A program made the translations under genes and the position numbers. This document shows, piece after piece, positions 8,316-19,203 of a DNA stretch of 64,000 nucleotides (position 1 is the first letter of the stretch; every line of letters begins with the position of its first letter). The notes beneath the pieces are model-generated. The model did not search any database and was not told where the DNA came from. It worked only from the letters and a program-made list of their open reading frames with translations. The stretch spans positions 22,603 to 86,602 of the forward strand of contig JAHDYJ010000004.1 in assembly GCA_023383795.1 (NCBI GenBank), written 5' to 3'. The stretch comes from Burkholderiales bacterium. GTDB taxonomy: Bacteria > Pseudomonadota > Gammaproteobacteria > Burkholderiales > SG8-39.

Positions 8316-9536
8316 CTAGCGCGCAGCCTCCGCCGTCGTGCACTCGTCCGGCGCACCGGCCGGCGGAATCACGCGTGCCGGCGCGCGGGCGCTCAGCGAC
8401 TCGAGGAACGCGACCAGATCCTCGGACTCCTGCGGCGTGAGCCTGAGCGGGCGCAGGATCCGCTCGCCGTCGGCGTGCAGCCGATCCTCGTCGAGCTCCG
8501 AGTAGTGCCGGACCACATCGCGCAGCGTCGCCAGGCGCCCGTCGTGCATATACGGCGCCGTGCGCGCGACCTCGCGCAGTCCGGGCACCTTGAACTCGCC
8601 GAAGTTGCGGTGCTCGAGGGCCACGTGGCGCGTCCTGCTCGCGGCCGCGCCGCTCGCATCGTCGCTGTACGGCCCCAGCAGGTTGCGCGGGTCGGCGAGG
8701 AGCTGCCTGATCCCGCCGTGGCGCCCCGGGTCGACGCGGCCCGGGGCGACGAAGTACGGCACGCCGACGTCGGCGAACTCGCCGTTGGTGAATGCCGGCC
8801 CGAAGTGGCAGAAGCTGCAGTTGCCCCGCCCGACGAAGAGGGCGAGTCCGCGCCGCGCGGCCGCCGGGTAGGCTGCCGCGGCGGCGGCATCGCCGCGCGC
8901 GAGCGCGTCGCGGAACTCGTCGAACGGCGTGCGTCCGGTGACGAGCGTCTCGAGGAACGCCGCGAGCGCCTTCCCGGCGTCGACCAGCAACGCCTCGGCG
9001 TCGGCGCCGGCGAGCCGCGCCGCGCCGAACGCGCGCTCGTAGCGGCAGGCGAGCGCCGGGTCGGCGCGGATCAGCCTCGCGACGTGCGCCGCGTCGGCGG
9101 CGAGCTCGAGCGGGTGCACGATCGGCTTCACGCTCTGCAGCCACAGGCTGTCGGCCGCGCCGTCCCAGCCGAACCAGCGCGCGAGCCCGACGTTGAGCAC
9201 GCTCGGCGTGTTGCGGTCGAGCAGCGCGCGGCCGCGCGCGCGCGCCCGGCCGTCGGTGAAGGCGCGCCCGGGAACGTGGCACGCGGCGCACGAGAGGGCG
9301 CCGTCGAGCGCGAGACGCCGGTCGAAGAAGAGGCGCCGCCCGAGCGCGATCGCGTCCGGCTGCCCCGACGCGCGGTTGCTCGGGTCGCGCAGCACCGGCT
9401 GCGGCCACGGGCCGTGCTGCAGGACGCGGCGCACCTCGGGCCCGGTGAGCCCGGTCGCGCCGGCCGGCGGCGCGAACGCGAGCATGGCCGCCGCGAGAAG
9501 CGGCGCGCCCGCGCGCGCGAAGGCGCCGGACCTCAT
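8316..9536 (-). CDS. Di-haem cytochrome c peroxidase family protein (CcpA/MauG-like), secreted
   Basis: Start chosen at MRSGAFARAGAPLLAAAMLAF (signal peptide). Two haem motifs, CAACH and CSFCH. Conserved RNTPS, GWDG and PYMHDG blocks. Confidence 0.85.
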   Translation of the reverse strand: MRSGAFARAGAPLLAAAMLAFAPPAGATGLTGPEVRRVLQHGPWPQPVLRDPSNRASGQPDAIALGRRLFFDRRLALDGALSCAACHVPGRAFTDGRARARGRALLDRNTPSVLNVGLARWFGWDGAADSLWLQSVKPIVHPLELAADAAHVARLIRADPALACRYERAFGAARLAGADAEALLVDAGKALAAFLETLVTGRTPFDEFRDALARGDAAAAAAYPAAARRGLALFVGRGNCSFCHFGPAFTNGEFADVGVPYFVAPGRVDPGRHGGIRQLLADPRNLLGPYSDDASGAAASRTRHVALEHRNFGEFKVPGLREVARTAPYMHDGRLATLRDVVRHYSELDEDRLHADGERILRPLRLTPQESEDLVAFLESLSARAPARVIPPAGAPDECTTAEAAR

Positions 9537-9961
9537 TCGAGCGGCACGTCGCGGACCGCGCGCTCGACCTCGGCGCCGGCCTCGACGTCGAACACGATCT
9601 GCCAGCGTCCGGGCATGTGAAAGAGCAGCCCTTCGGCGCGGTAGCGCGCGCCGCCGGCCGATGCGACGGTCGCGCGGTAATTCATGCCGTGACGATGCTC
9701 GGGCATGTGCGCGTCGACACGCAGCCCGGTCGGCCGCGGCGCCGCCCGCTTCGGACAGACCTCCGCGTCGAGCGCGAACGCCCGCCCGACCGCGATCGGC
9801 GCGGGCGCGGGCCGGAAGGCGACCACGTAACGGGCGGATTCGGCGCGCTCGACGCCGGCGCCGAGCCGCGCTCCGCACGGTTCGGCCGCCGCGGCTGCGA
9901 GCGGCAGCGCGAGCAGCGGCGGCACGGCGAGGCGACGCGCCAGGGCGCGCGCGCCGCTCAT
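9533..9961 (-). CDS. Small secreted His/Met-rich protein, YtkA/FixH-like Ig-fold domain
   Basis: 142 aa with a signal peptide. Motifs DAHMPEHRHGMNY and FHMPGRWQIVF. ATGA overlaps with both neighbours (9958-9961 and 9533-9536). Confidence 0.6.
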   Translation of the reverse strand: MSGARALARRLAVPPLLALPLAAAAAEPCGARLGAGVERAESARYVVAFRPAPAPIAVGRAFALDAEVCPKRAAPRPTGLRVDAHMPEHRHGMNYRATVASAGGARYRAEGLLFHMPGRWQIVFDVEAGAEVERAVRDVPLE

Positions 9962-10803
9962 CCGCCGGCGCCGCCCTGCGGCGAGCGCTGCCGGTCGAAC
10001 GCGCCGCCGATCACCGCTTCGCCGTTCCTCCACGCGATGCGCTCGGCGACCTCGCGCGGCAGATCGGCGAGCCATTCGCGCGACCAGCGCGCGTGCTCGG
10101 GCAGGTAGTGCCAGCGCTCGGGAACGTAGGTGTCGGTGCCGACCATGAACCGGTCGGGGAACTCGAGGAACGCCGCGCGCCACTCCGGCACCACCTTTCC
10201 GCCTGCCGCGTGGTCGGTGCGGAACGCGAGGTCGGCCCAGAGGTTCTGGTGCTTGCGCAGCATCTCGCGCACGCGTTCCGGGCGCTCGAAGCCGGCGTGC
10301 GCCCACAGGATGCGCGCCTGCGGCCACTGCGCGAACAGCCGCTCGACCGCGTCGGCGTCCGAATGCGCGTGCAGCATCAGGCCGTACTCGCGGGCGAGCG
10401 CGACCATGCGCCGCGGCACCGGCAGGTCGGCGTCCGCGCCGAACAGATGGAATTCGCCGATCGCGACGAACCGGTAGCGGCGCAGGCGCTCCTCGAGGTA
10501 GCCGACGATCGCCTCGTCGCGCACCCAGGTCGCGATGTCGCCGCGCGTGCGGTATGGCCGCAGCTCGGGCACGACGAGGTCGGGCGCGGCCTCGTAGAGC
10601 ATCTGGGTGCCCTGGTCGTTCGAGCTCGACACCAGCGCGCGCTTGAGGCCGGCCTTGCGCATCAGCGCGACCGCGTCCTTCGGCGGCACGGTCTCCCACG
10701 CGTCGTGGCTGTAGTGCACGTGGGCGTCGAACACCGGCAGTTCGGCGCCGGCGGCCGCCGGCGCGAGCACGGCGGCGATCAGGGCGAGGACGAGCTTGGG
10801 CAT
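9958..10803 (-). CDS. Secreted metal-dependent amidohydrolase (TIM-barrel) family protein
   Basis: Signal peptide MPKLVLALIAAVLAPAAAGA followed by the FDAHVHY metal-binding HxH motif. Later HAHSD and WAHAG blocks. Confidence 0.8.
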   Translation of the reverse strand: MPKLVLALIAAVLAPAAAGAELPVFDAHVHYSHDAWETVPPKDAVALMRKAGLKRALVSSSNDQGTQMLYEAAPDLVVPELRPYRTRGDIATWVRDEAIVGYLEERLRRYRFVAIGEFHLFGADADLPVPRRMVALAREYGLMLHAHSDADAVERLFAQWPQARILWAHAGFERPERVREMLRKHQNLWADLAFRTDHAAGGKVVPEWRAAFLEFPDRFMVGTDTYVPERWHYLPEHARWSREWLADLPREVAERIAWRNGEAVIGGAFDRQRSPQGGAGG

Positions 10804-10956
10804 GGTCGGGGCTCCTGGGTCGGGCGCCGGGCGGGGCGCAGCCGCGCGCCCGGGCCGCCGCGCCCGGCCTTGCGTTCGTGTGATCCGGACGGTGGTTGGG
10901 GTCGCGGCAGGCCGATAGTATAGGCGCCCCGAAATCCGGCCCGGCCGGCGCGATCG

Positions 10957-12315
<1,359 letters not shown>

Positions 12316-12482
12316 AACGCCTTCCGCGCGGGCGCGTTGGCCGCCGCCAACACGCAATTCGCTTTGAAATCCATTGCTTAGAGGAGAGGCCGGCGCCGGT
12401 GTTGGCATTCGCGAACAGGCGGGACGCCCATCCGCGGCCATCGTGCTCCCACAACACCTTGTTTCATTGATGGTTTCTTTTC

Positions 12483-12497
12483 TGGCACGGAAGTTGA
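12483..12497 (+). promoter_or_regulatory. Candidate sigma54 (-24/-12) promoter upstream of small secreted protein gene
   Basis: TGGCACG-gaag-TTGAT versus consensus TGGCACG-N4-TTGCW (one mismatch, at the -12 C). About 87 nt upstream of the ATG at 12584 and directly downstream of a sigma54 activator gene. Confidence 0.45.
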
Positions 12498-12583
12498 TGT
12501 GTCCGGTGCAAGCACCCGCGTCGATTCCGCGAGGAACGAGACGGGACACCGGACGAACGCCGACAACCCGAGGAGAGAGAACC

Positions 12584-12958
12584 ATGAAACGCACCATCGC
12601 CACGCTGCTGACCGCTACTGCGGCCGCCGCCCCGCTCGCCGCCACGAGCGCCCTCGCCGCCGAGCCCGCCGTGCAGGTTGCGATGCTCGCGCCCGCGCAC
12701 GAGGTCCATCCGCAGGCGTATGGTTCGCGCGGGGTCGCGCTCGCCCCCGAGCAGATCGTGACGCCCTACTCCGGCGTCGCCCAGGCGATGAGCGCGCGCT
12801 ACACGCCGCTGCCGGGGTTCGCGCAGATGCTCGCCGATCCGGCCGCGGAGAAGCTCAAGGCGCAGCGCGCGGCATCCCGGCGCGAAGTGCTTCGGTACAG
12901 CATCGACGTGCGCGACCCGCGCCTGCAGGGCTGGGTGAACATGCTCGCGGCGAACTGA
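12584..12958 (+). CDS. Small secreted protein of unknown function
   Basis: GGAGAGAGA Shine-Dalgarno sequence. Signal peptide MKRTIATLLTATAAAAPLAATSALA. 124 aa. I recognise no family. Confidence 0.6.
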   Translation: MKRTIATLLTATAAAAPLAATSALAAEPAVQVAMLAPAHEVHPQAYGSRGVALAPEQIVTPYSGVAQAMSARYTPLPGFAQMLADPAAEKLKAQRAASRREVLRYSIDVRDPRLQGWVNMLAAN

Positions 12959-12980
12959 CGCCCGCCCCTCACCCCCACCC

Positions 12981-13012
12981 CGCCCGGGCGCGCCGCGCCG
13001 CCCGCCCGGGCG
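12981..13012. terminator. GC hairpin between convergent genes (possible bidirectional terminator)
   Basis: The self-complementary decamer CGCCCGGGCG occurs twice (12981-12990 and 13003-13012), allowing a 10-bp stem with a 12-nt loop. There is no clear U-tract. Confidence 0.35.
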
Positions 13013-13013
13013 T

Positions 13014-13382
13014 TCAGCGCCCGGCCAGGCGCCGCGCGACGAGCGCCCGCAGCGCGTCGAGGTCGAAGGGCTTGGTGACGTAGTCGTGGGCGCCGAGATC
13101 GAGCCCGAGCTTGCGGTGGTCGCGCTCGGCGCTCGCGGTCAGGAACACGAACGGGATCGCCGCGGTGGCCGGATCGGCGCGCAGCGCGGCGAGCACCTCG
13201 AAGCCGTCGAGCTCGGGCATGCGCACGTCGCACAGGATCAGGTCCGGCCGCTCGGCGCGCGCAGCCGCGAGCCCCTGCCGGCCGTCGGCCGCCTCGATCG
13301 CCTCGTGCCCCTCGAGCCGCAGGAAACGCCGCAGGTTCGCGCGGATCTCCGCCTCGTCCTCGATGATCAGGATCCTAGCCAT
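13014..13382 (-). CDS. Single-domain CheY-like response regulator
   Basis: 122 aa. ILIIEDE...LILCDVRMPELDG...TKPF receiver motifs. The start overlaps the kinase stop by 8 nt. Confidence 0.9.
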   Translation of the reverse strand: MARILIIEDEAEIRANLRRFLRLEGHEAIEAADGRQGLAAARAERPDLILCDVRMPELDGFEVLAALRADPATAAIPFVFLTASAERDHRKLGLDLGAHDYVTKPFDLDALRALVARRLAGR

Positions 13383-16300
13383 GGGCCGCGTTCGGCAGGG
13401 TCACCGTGAAGCGCGTGCCGCGCCCCGGGGCGCTCGCCAGCGCGATCGTCCCGCCGTGCAGGTCGACCGCCTTCTTCACGATTGCGAGCCCGAGGCCGGT
13501 GCCGGCGATGTTGCCGACGTTGCGCGCGCGGTGGAAAGTCTCGAAGAGATGCGGCAGGTCTTCCTCCGGGATGCCGATGCCCGCGTCGGACACGGTGAAG
13601 ACCGCCCGCTCGCCGTTGCAGGTCACCTCCAGCGCGACCGGCGCGCCGTCGGGCGAGTACTTGAGCGCGTTCGAGACGAGGTTGCCGAGGATGTGCTGCA
13701 GCAGCCGCTCGTCGAAGCGCGCGCCGCCGCACGCGCCCGCGAAGCGCAGCGCCACCCGTGAGGGCGCGCCCGCGGCGTGCCCGTCCGCGTGCTCGGCCTC
13801 GCGGATCACGCGCCGGCAGAGCGCCTCGACGTCCACCGGCCCGGGCTTGAACTCGAGCCGGCCCGCTTCGGCGCGGCCGATCACCAGCACCTGGTCGAGC
13901 ATGCCGGCCATGCGCCGGACCGAGTTGCGGATGCTGCCGAGGAGCTCGGTGCGCTCGCCCGGCGCGAGCCGCTCGCCGTAGTCGCGCAGGAGCTCCGCCG
14001 ACGAGAGGATCGTGGCGAGCGGCGTGCGGAATTCGTGCGAGGTCATCGACACGAAGCGGGACTTGAGGTCGGAGAGCTCCCGCTGCTTCTCGAGCGCCAC
14101 GCGCATGCTTTCCTCCGCGGCATGGCGCCGCGTGACGTCCACCGCGGTCCAGATCACGCCCTGCTCCGGCCTGCCCGGGTAGAGGCTCGCGCCGTAGAGC
14201 TCGAGCCACATGCGGGATCCGTCCTTGCGCCGCACGGGCAGCTCGGCGGCATACGTGCCCGCCGCGGCGAGCGCGGCGTAGGCCTCCCCGCCGAACCGCT
14301 CGAAGCTCGCGTCGTCCTCGAAATGGAGCCGGCTCGTCCGGCCGATCAGCTCGTCGGCGGCGTAGCCGGTCATCTCGCAGAACCGCGGATTCACCCACAC
14401 CCGCCGCCGGTTCACGCTGAACGTGATGCCGACCAGCGTGTTGTTCAGGATGGCCCCGCGCTCGGCCGAGGTCCGCTGCACCGCGTCCTCGAGGGCCTTG
14501 CGGCCGGTGACGTCCACGAACGTCCAGATGGTGCCGCGCGCGAGATCGTGGCGGTCGATCGCCTGGCCGTGGAGCTCGACCCAGATGAGCGTGCCGTCCT
14601 TGCGCCGCATCCGGCACTCGGTGCTGTAGGCGCCGTGCGTCGCGATCCGCGGATAGGCCTCCCGCCCCAGCGCCTCGTGACTCGCGTCGTCGGGAAAGTG
14701 GATCCGGCTCGAGTTGCCGACGAGCTCGGCCGGCTCGAAACCGAGCATCTCGGCGAAACGGCGGTTCACCCACTGGTGCACGCGGTTCACGCTCAGCGTG
14801 ACGCCCACCAGCGTGTTGTTGAGGATCGCCTCGCGCTCGCTCGACGCGCGCCGCAGCTCGGCTTCCAGCAGCTTGCGCGGCGTGATGTCGCGCACCACCC
14901 AGACGCGGCCTGAGCGCGGGTCGCGCGGATCGGTGAGCTTGCCGGAGGCGAGCACCCAGACGAGCGACCCGTCGGCCCGGCGCAGCTGCACCTCGGCCTC
15001 GTATGCGCGCCCGGTGCGCGCCGCGGCGAGCACGGCGTCGCGCATCCGCTCGAACTCCGATCGCGACAGGAAGATCGACTCCATCGTCCGTCCGATCTGC
15101 GCCGTCCGATCGACGGCGAAGAGCTGCTCGGCCGCCCGGTTCAGCCACTGGACGCGCGCCTCGGCGTCGACGAAGATGATGCCGACGATCGAGTTCTCGA
15201 GAATCAGCTCGCGCTCGATCAGGGTGCGGCGCAGATCCTCCTCGAGCCGCACCCGGCGGGTGACGTCGGTGAAGAGGTTCAGGCTCGCCGGGCGGCCGCG
15301 CCAGTCGACCTCGACGCTCTTCACCTCGAGCACGACCCAGTGCCCGGCGCGCGTGAGCAGTCGCAGGTGCCGGACGTGGTCCGCGCCGGCCACGGCGGCG
15401 TGATCGATGCGGCGCACGCCGCGCAGCGCCTCGGGGCGGTCGTCCGGATGCACGTATTCGAGGAACCAGTGCCCGACGACCTCGTCCGGCGCGTAGCCGC
15501 TGATCGCGAGCACCCGCGGGTTCGCGAACACCATCAGCTGATCCTGGACGATGACGATCCCCTCGGTCGCGTTGTCGACGACGCTGCGGTACTGCTCCTC
15601 CGAGCGGCGCAGCGCGTCCTCGGCGGTGCCGCGCGCGAGCGCGTTCGCGCGGAACACCTGCAGCATGCGCGCGAGATCGCCCACCTCGTCCGGCGCGGCG
15701 GGCTCCTCGACGTCGCGCGAGAGATCGCCGGCCGCGAACGCGGCGACCGTGCCCATCAGCGCGCCGAGCGGCCGGCGGATCGATCGGGCGATCGTCCAGC
15801 TCGTCGCGGCCCCGGCCGCGATGACGAGCGCGGCAAGGGCACCCAGCATGGCGAGCGCGAACGCGCGCTCCCGCGCGTGGGCCGCGCGCAGCGCCATCCG
15901 GCGCTCGTCGCTCTCGCCGAGGATGGACTCGATCAGCGCGGTGAGGCGCCGCGCGCCGAGGTCCACGTCCTCGTCGAGCACGCGGCGCTGCCGCTCGAAC
16001 ATCGCGGCGAGGTGCTCGAGCTCCTCCTCCAGCGCGCGGGTGCGCGCGCCGATCGCCGCGAGCGCCTCGCGCTGGAGCTCGGTCGCGGCGAGATCGAGCA
16101 TCACCGGGACCGCGCTCGCGATGCGCCCGAGACTCGCCTTCGCCTCGGCGCGCGAGCCGGCGTCGCGCCGGAGGTAGAAGGCGTTCAGGTTCAGCATCGC
16201 GCCGACGAACGCCTCGTGGGCCTTGCCGAGCGACGGGGCGAGCAGGTCGGTGCGCTCGACGCGCAGCGTCCCGCGGATGATCGCGAACAGCCCGGACGTC

Positions 16301-16791
16301 TCGCGCCCGGCCTTGAGGACGCGCGCCTCGTAGGCGCCGATGATCTGCGGATCGAGCTCGACCAGCGCGTCGAAGCCGGCGACGAGCTGGCGCAGCGCGG
16401 CCCGCGCCGCACGCAGCCGGCCGCGAATGCCGGGGTCGGGCAGCGCGCTCTCCTCGATGCGCCGGCCGAGATCCTCGCCGAGCCGGCGCACTTCGGCCTG
16501 GAGCGCCGGCTCCGGCCGGACGAAGTATTGCCGGACGAGCCCTTTCAGCCGCTCGCTGTCGCGCTCGATGCGCTGCAGCTCGAAGTCGAGCGCGTACCGC
16601 GCCTCGAGCCGGCGCTGGAAGCGCTCCTGCGCGGCCTCGTGGCGCCAGGCGAGCCCGAGCAGCACGCAGGCGATGGCGAGATTGACGCCGAGCAGCAGGA
16701 AGATGCGGCGGCGGATCGGGATCCGCCGCAGCCAGGCCTCGACCGCGCCGGGGCCGGCGGCGCTGCGCGCGCGGCTCATCGGCGGCCGCAC
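13375..16791 (-). CDS. Membrane sensor histidine kinase: periplasmic region, HAMP, four PAS domains, HisKA, HATPase_c
   Basis: TM segments flank a ~270-aa extracytoplasmic region. PAS3 and PAS4 are close paralogues (ILNNTLVG.T.SVNR...WVN.RF.EM.G...EL.G..SR.HF.DDAS). H-box SHEFRTPL. G-box GTGLGLAIVK. Confidence 0.9.
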   Translation of the reverse strand: MRPPMSRARSAAGPGAVEAWLRRIPIRRRIFLLLGVNLAIACVLLGLAWRHEAAQERFQRRLEARYALDFELQRIERDSERLKGLVRQYFVRPEPALQAEVRRLGEDLGRRIEESALPDPGIRGRLRAARAALRQLVAGFDALVELDPQIIGAYEARVLKAGRETSGLFAIIRGTLRVERTDLLAPSLGKAHEAFVGAMLNLNAFYLRRDAGSRAEAKASLGRIASAVPVMLDLAATELQREALAAIGARTRALEEELEHLAAMFERQRRVLDEDVDLGARRLTALIESILGESDERRMALRAAHARERAFALAMLGALAALVIAAGAATSWTIARSIRRPLGALMGTVAAFAAGDLSRDVEEPAAPDEVGDLARMLQVFRANALARGTAEDALRRSEEQYRSVVDNATEGIVIVQDQLMVFANPRVLAISGYAPDEVVGHWFLEYVHPDDRPEALRGVRRIDHAAVAGADHVRHLRLLTRAGHWVVLEVKSVEVDWRGRPASLNLFTDVTRRVRLEEDLRRTLIERELILENSIVGIIFVDAEARVQWLNRAAEQLFAVDRTAQIGRTMESIFLSRSEFERMRDAVLAAARTGRAYEAEVQLRRADGSLVWVLASGKLTDPRDPRSGRVWVVRDITPRKLLEAELRRASSEREAILNNTLVGVTLSVNRVHQWVNRRFAEMLGFEPAELVGNSSRIHFPDDASHEALGREAYPRIATHGAYSTECRMRRKDGTLIWVELHGQAIDRHDLARGTIWTFVDVTGRKALEDAVQRTSAERGAILNNTLVGITFSVNRRRVWVNPRFCEMTGYAADELIGRTSRLHFEDDASFERFGGEAYAALAAAGTYAAELPVRRKDGSRMWLELYGASLYPGRPEQGVIWTAVDVTRRHAAEESMRVALEKQRELSDLKSRFVSMTSHEFRTPLATILSSAELLRDYGERLAPGERTELLGSIRNSVRRMAGMLDQVLVIGRAEAGRLEFKPGPVDVEALCRRVIREAEHADGHAAGAPSRVALRFAGACGGARFDERLLQHILGNLVSNALKYSPDGAPVALEVTCNGERAVFTVSDAGIGIPEEDLPHLFETFHRARNVGNIAGTGLGLAIVKKAVDLHGGTIALASAPGRGTRFTVTLPNAAHG

Positions 16792-16818
16792 CGCGGACGA
16801 CGCGGCGTCACCGCGGCG

Positions 16819-17796
16819 CTACGGCGCCATCGCCCGGATCCGCTCGAGCATCGCCTTCAGGCGCGGATCCCTGACGTGCCGCTCGTACATCGGCCGCACG
16901 CGCTCGGCGAGCTCGCGCATCGCCTCGGGCGCCGGCCGGATCACCACGACGCCGGCGGCGCGCACGCGCGCTTCCGACTGGCGCTCGCGCTCGCTCCAGA
17001 GCTCGCGCATGCGCCGCACCGACTCGGTCGCGCACCGGCGCACGAGCGCGCGGTCGGCCGGCGCGAGCCGCTGCCAGCGGGCCATGGACATCACCAGCAC
17101 CTCCGGGGCCATCGAGTGCTCGGTCAGCGTGTAGTGGGGCGCCACGCGAAAGTGGCCCGAGCTCTCGTAGGAGGGCCAGTTGTTCTCGGCGCCGTCGACC
17201 AGCCCGGTCTCGAGCGCAGTCATCACCTGGCCGTAGGGCAGCCCGACGCCGCGCGCACCGAGCGCGGCCACCAGGTCCACGAAGAGCTGCGACTGCTGCA
17301 CCCGCAGCTTGAGCCCGCGGAAATCGTCCGCCGCGCGCACCGGCCGGTCGCGGGTGTAGAACGAGCGTGCCCCGGAGTCGTAGAACGCGAGGCCGACCAG
17401 CCCGTGGCGCTCGAACGCGGCCAGGATCTCCGCGCCGACCGGCCCGTCGAGGGCGCGGCGCATGTGCTCGGTCGAGCGGAACAGGAACGGCAGCGACGGG
17501 ATGACCGTCTCCGGGACGACGTCGTTGAACGGCGCGAGGTTCACGCGGTTGAGATCGATCGCGCCGCTGCGGGTCTGCGCGATGGTCTCCTTCTCCTCCC
17601 CGAGCTGGCGCTCCGCGAACACCCGGATCCGGTAGCGGCCGCCGGAGCGCGCCTCGAGACGCTCGCCCATGTACAGCACCGCCTGCACCGTCGGGTAGCC
17701 CGCCGGATGGGTGTCGGCGGCGCGCAGCGTCGTCGCGCCCGACGCCGCGGCCGAGCACAGGCCGAGCAGGACGCCCAGGCCGATCACGCGTTTCAT
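16819..17796 (-). CDS. TRAP-type periplasmic solute-binding protein (DctP family), orphan
   Basis: Signal peptide. DctP-family blocks (LRAADTHPAGYPTVQA, FAERQLGEEKETIAQTRSGAIDL, FYDSGARSFY). No dctQ/dctM genes nearby. Lies 27 nt upstream of the kinase gene. Confidence 0.85.
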   Translation of the reverse strand: MKRVIGLGVLLGLCSAAASGATTLRAADTHPAGYPTVQAVLYMGERLEARSGGRYRIRVFAERQLGEEKETIAQTRSGAIDLNRVNLAPFNDVVPETVIPSLPFLFRSTEHMRRALDGPVGAEILAAFERHGLVGLAFYDSGARSFYTRDRPVRAADDFRGLKLRVQQSQLFVDLVAALGARGVGLPYGQVMTALETGLVDGAENNWPSYESSGHFRVAPHYTLTEHSMAPEVLVMSMARWQRLAPADRALVRRCATESVRRMRELWSERERQSEARVRAAGVVVIRPAPEAMRELAERVRPMYERHVRDPRLKAMLERIRAMAP

Positions 17797-17892
17797 CCGC
17801 CCTCCTCGGGCAGGAGCCTAGCGCCGGCCCGCGGGCGGACGCTTTGACCTGCCTCACGCCGCGCCGCGGCGGCGGTGCGGACGAGCCCCGGC

Positions 17893-19203
17893 CTAGGAGA
17901 AGACGTCGTTCATCAGGTTGAAGCCCCAGGCGACCGCGAACAGCGCCTCTTCGGTCGACACCTCGCTCGACACGCCGCCGGCGCCTTTGACCGGGAGCAT
18001 CGTCTTCTGCGCACGGTCGTAGCGGTGCACCGAGGCGACGTGAATGACCTCGCGCGCGCCGACGAAGCTGTAGCACGTGTTCGCGATGATGGGATCGTCG
18101 TTCACCGGCGTGCCCGAAATGAGGGCGGCGACCGCGCCGGCGCAAACCTTGGCCTGCTGGTTCGCCATGTGCCCGGACTTCGGCATTCCGGGCGCCGCGG
18201 CCACCGAATCGCCGATGACGTGGATGCCGCGTGCGGCCACCGACTCGTAGGTCAGGAAACCGACCCGACACCAGCGCTCGTTCGCCGCGACCAGGCCGGC
18301 CTGGTAGGCGATGCCCCCCGCGCGCTGCGGCGGAATGACGTTCAGGCAGTCCGCCCGCACCTCCCCTTGGAGATCGAACTTCATGACCCCGCGGGTCGCG
18401 TCCACCGCTTTCAGGTCGGCGTTCGGGACGTATTCCACCATCCCCGGATACCGGGTGCCCCACACGTGCGAGAAGAGCGCCTTCTTGGACTGGATGTCGG
18501 GATTGGCGTCGAACACGAGCACCTTGCCCTTCGGGTTGCGGGTCGTCAGGTACGACGCGATCATGCTCGCGCGCTCGTACGGCCCCGGCGGACAGCGGAA
18601 CGGCGCCTTCGGGATGTGGATCGCGACGACGCCGCCCGGGGGCAGGTCCGCGATGCGCTTGCGCAGCAGGAGCGTCTGCGGGCCGGCCTTCCACGCGTGC
18701 GGCACGCGCTCCCGCGCCGGCTCGGTCTGGAGGCCGGCGATGTCGTCGTAGACGAAGTCGACGCCGGGTGCGACGATCAGGCGATCGTAGGCGATGCGCT
18801 CGCCCTGGTCGGTGCGGACCTCGCGCCGCGCCGGATCCACCTGGGTCACCGTGGCGTGCACCAACTTCACGCCGTGCCGCTCGGCGAGACGTCCGTAGTC
18901 CCGCTTGAGATCGCGCAGGCTGAGCGATCCGGCGAGCACCCGGTTGCTGAGCGGGCACGAGATCCACTCCCGGTTCGGCTCGATCAGAACCACCTCGATC
19001 TCCGGCGCCCACACCCGCAGGTACTTCGCCGCGGTCGCGCCGGCGAAGCCGCCGCCCACCACGACGACCGTGGCCCGGGACGCAGCGCGCAGCGCGCGCG
19101 GCCAGAAGCCGGCTGCAAGCCCGGTCGCGGCAAGCGTGTGCAGGAAGTTTCTGCGCGTCGGGTCCATCGCGTGCTCCTCCGCTGGGGTGTGGACCGTCGT
19201 CAT
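17893..19203 (-). CDS. fccB: Flavocytochrome c sulfide dehydrogenase flavoprotein subunit (FccB/SoxF-like)
   Basis: Tat leader TRRNFLHTLAATGL. FAD fold VVVVGGGFAGATAAKYL. The start at 19203 overlaps the fccA stop (ATGA). An alternative ATG lies at 19167. Confidence 0.85.
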   Translation of the reverse strand: MTTVHTPAEEHAMDPTRRNFLHTLAATGLAAGFWPRALRAASRATVVVVGGGFAGATAAKYLRVWAPEIEVVLIEPNREWISCPLSNRVLAGSLSLRDLKRDYGRLAERHGVKLVHATVTQVDPARREVRTDQGERIAYDRLIVAPGVDFVYDDIAGLQTEPARERVPHAWKAGPQTLLLRKRIADLPPGGVVAIHIPKAPFRCPPGPYERASMIASYLTTRNPKGKVLVFDANPDIQSKKALFSHVWGTRYPGMVEYVPNADLKAVDATRGVMKFDLQGEVRADCLNVIPPQRAGGIAYQAGLVAANERWCRVGFLTYESVAARGIHVIGDSVAAAPGMPKSGHMANQQAKVCAGAVAALISGTPVNDDPIIANTCYSFVGAREVIHVASVHRYDRAQKTMLPVKGAGGVSSEVSTEEALFAVAWGFNLMNDVFS

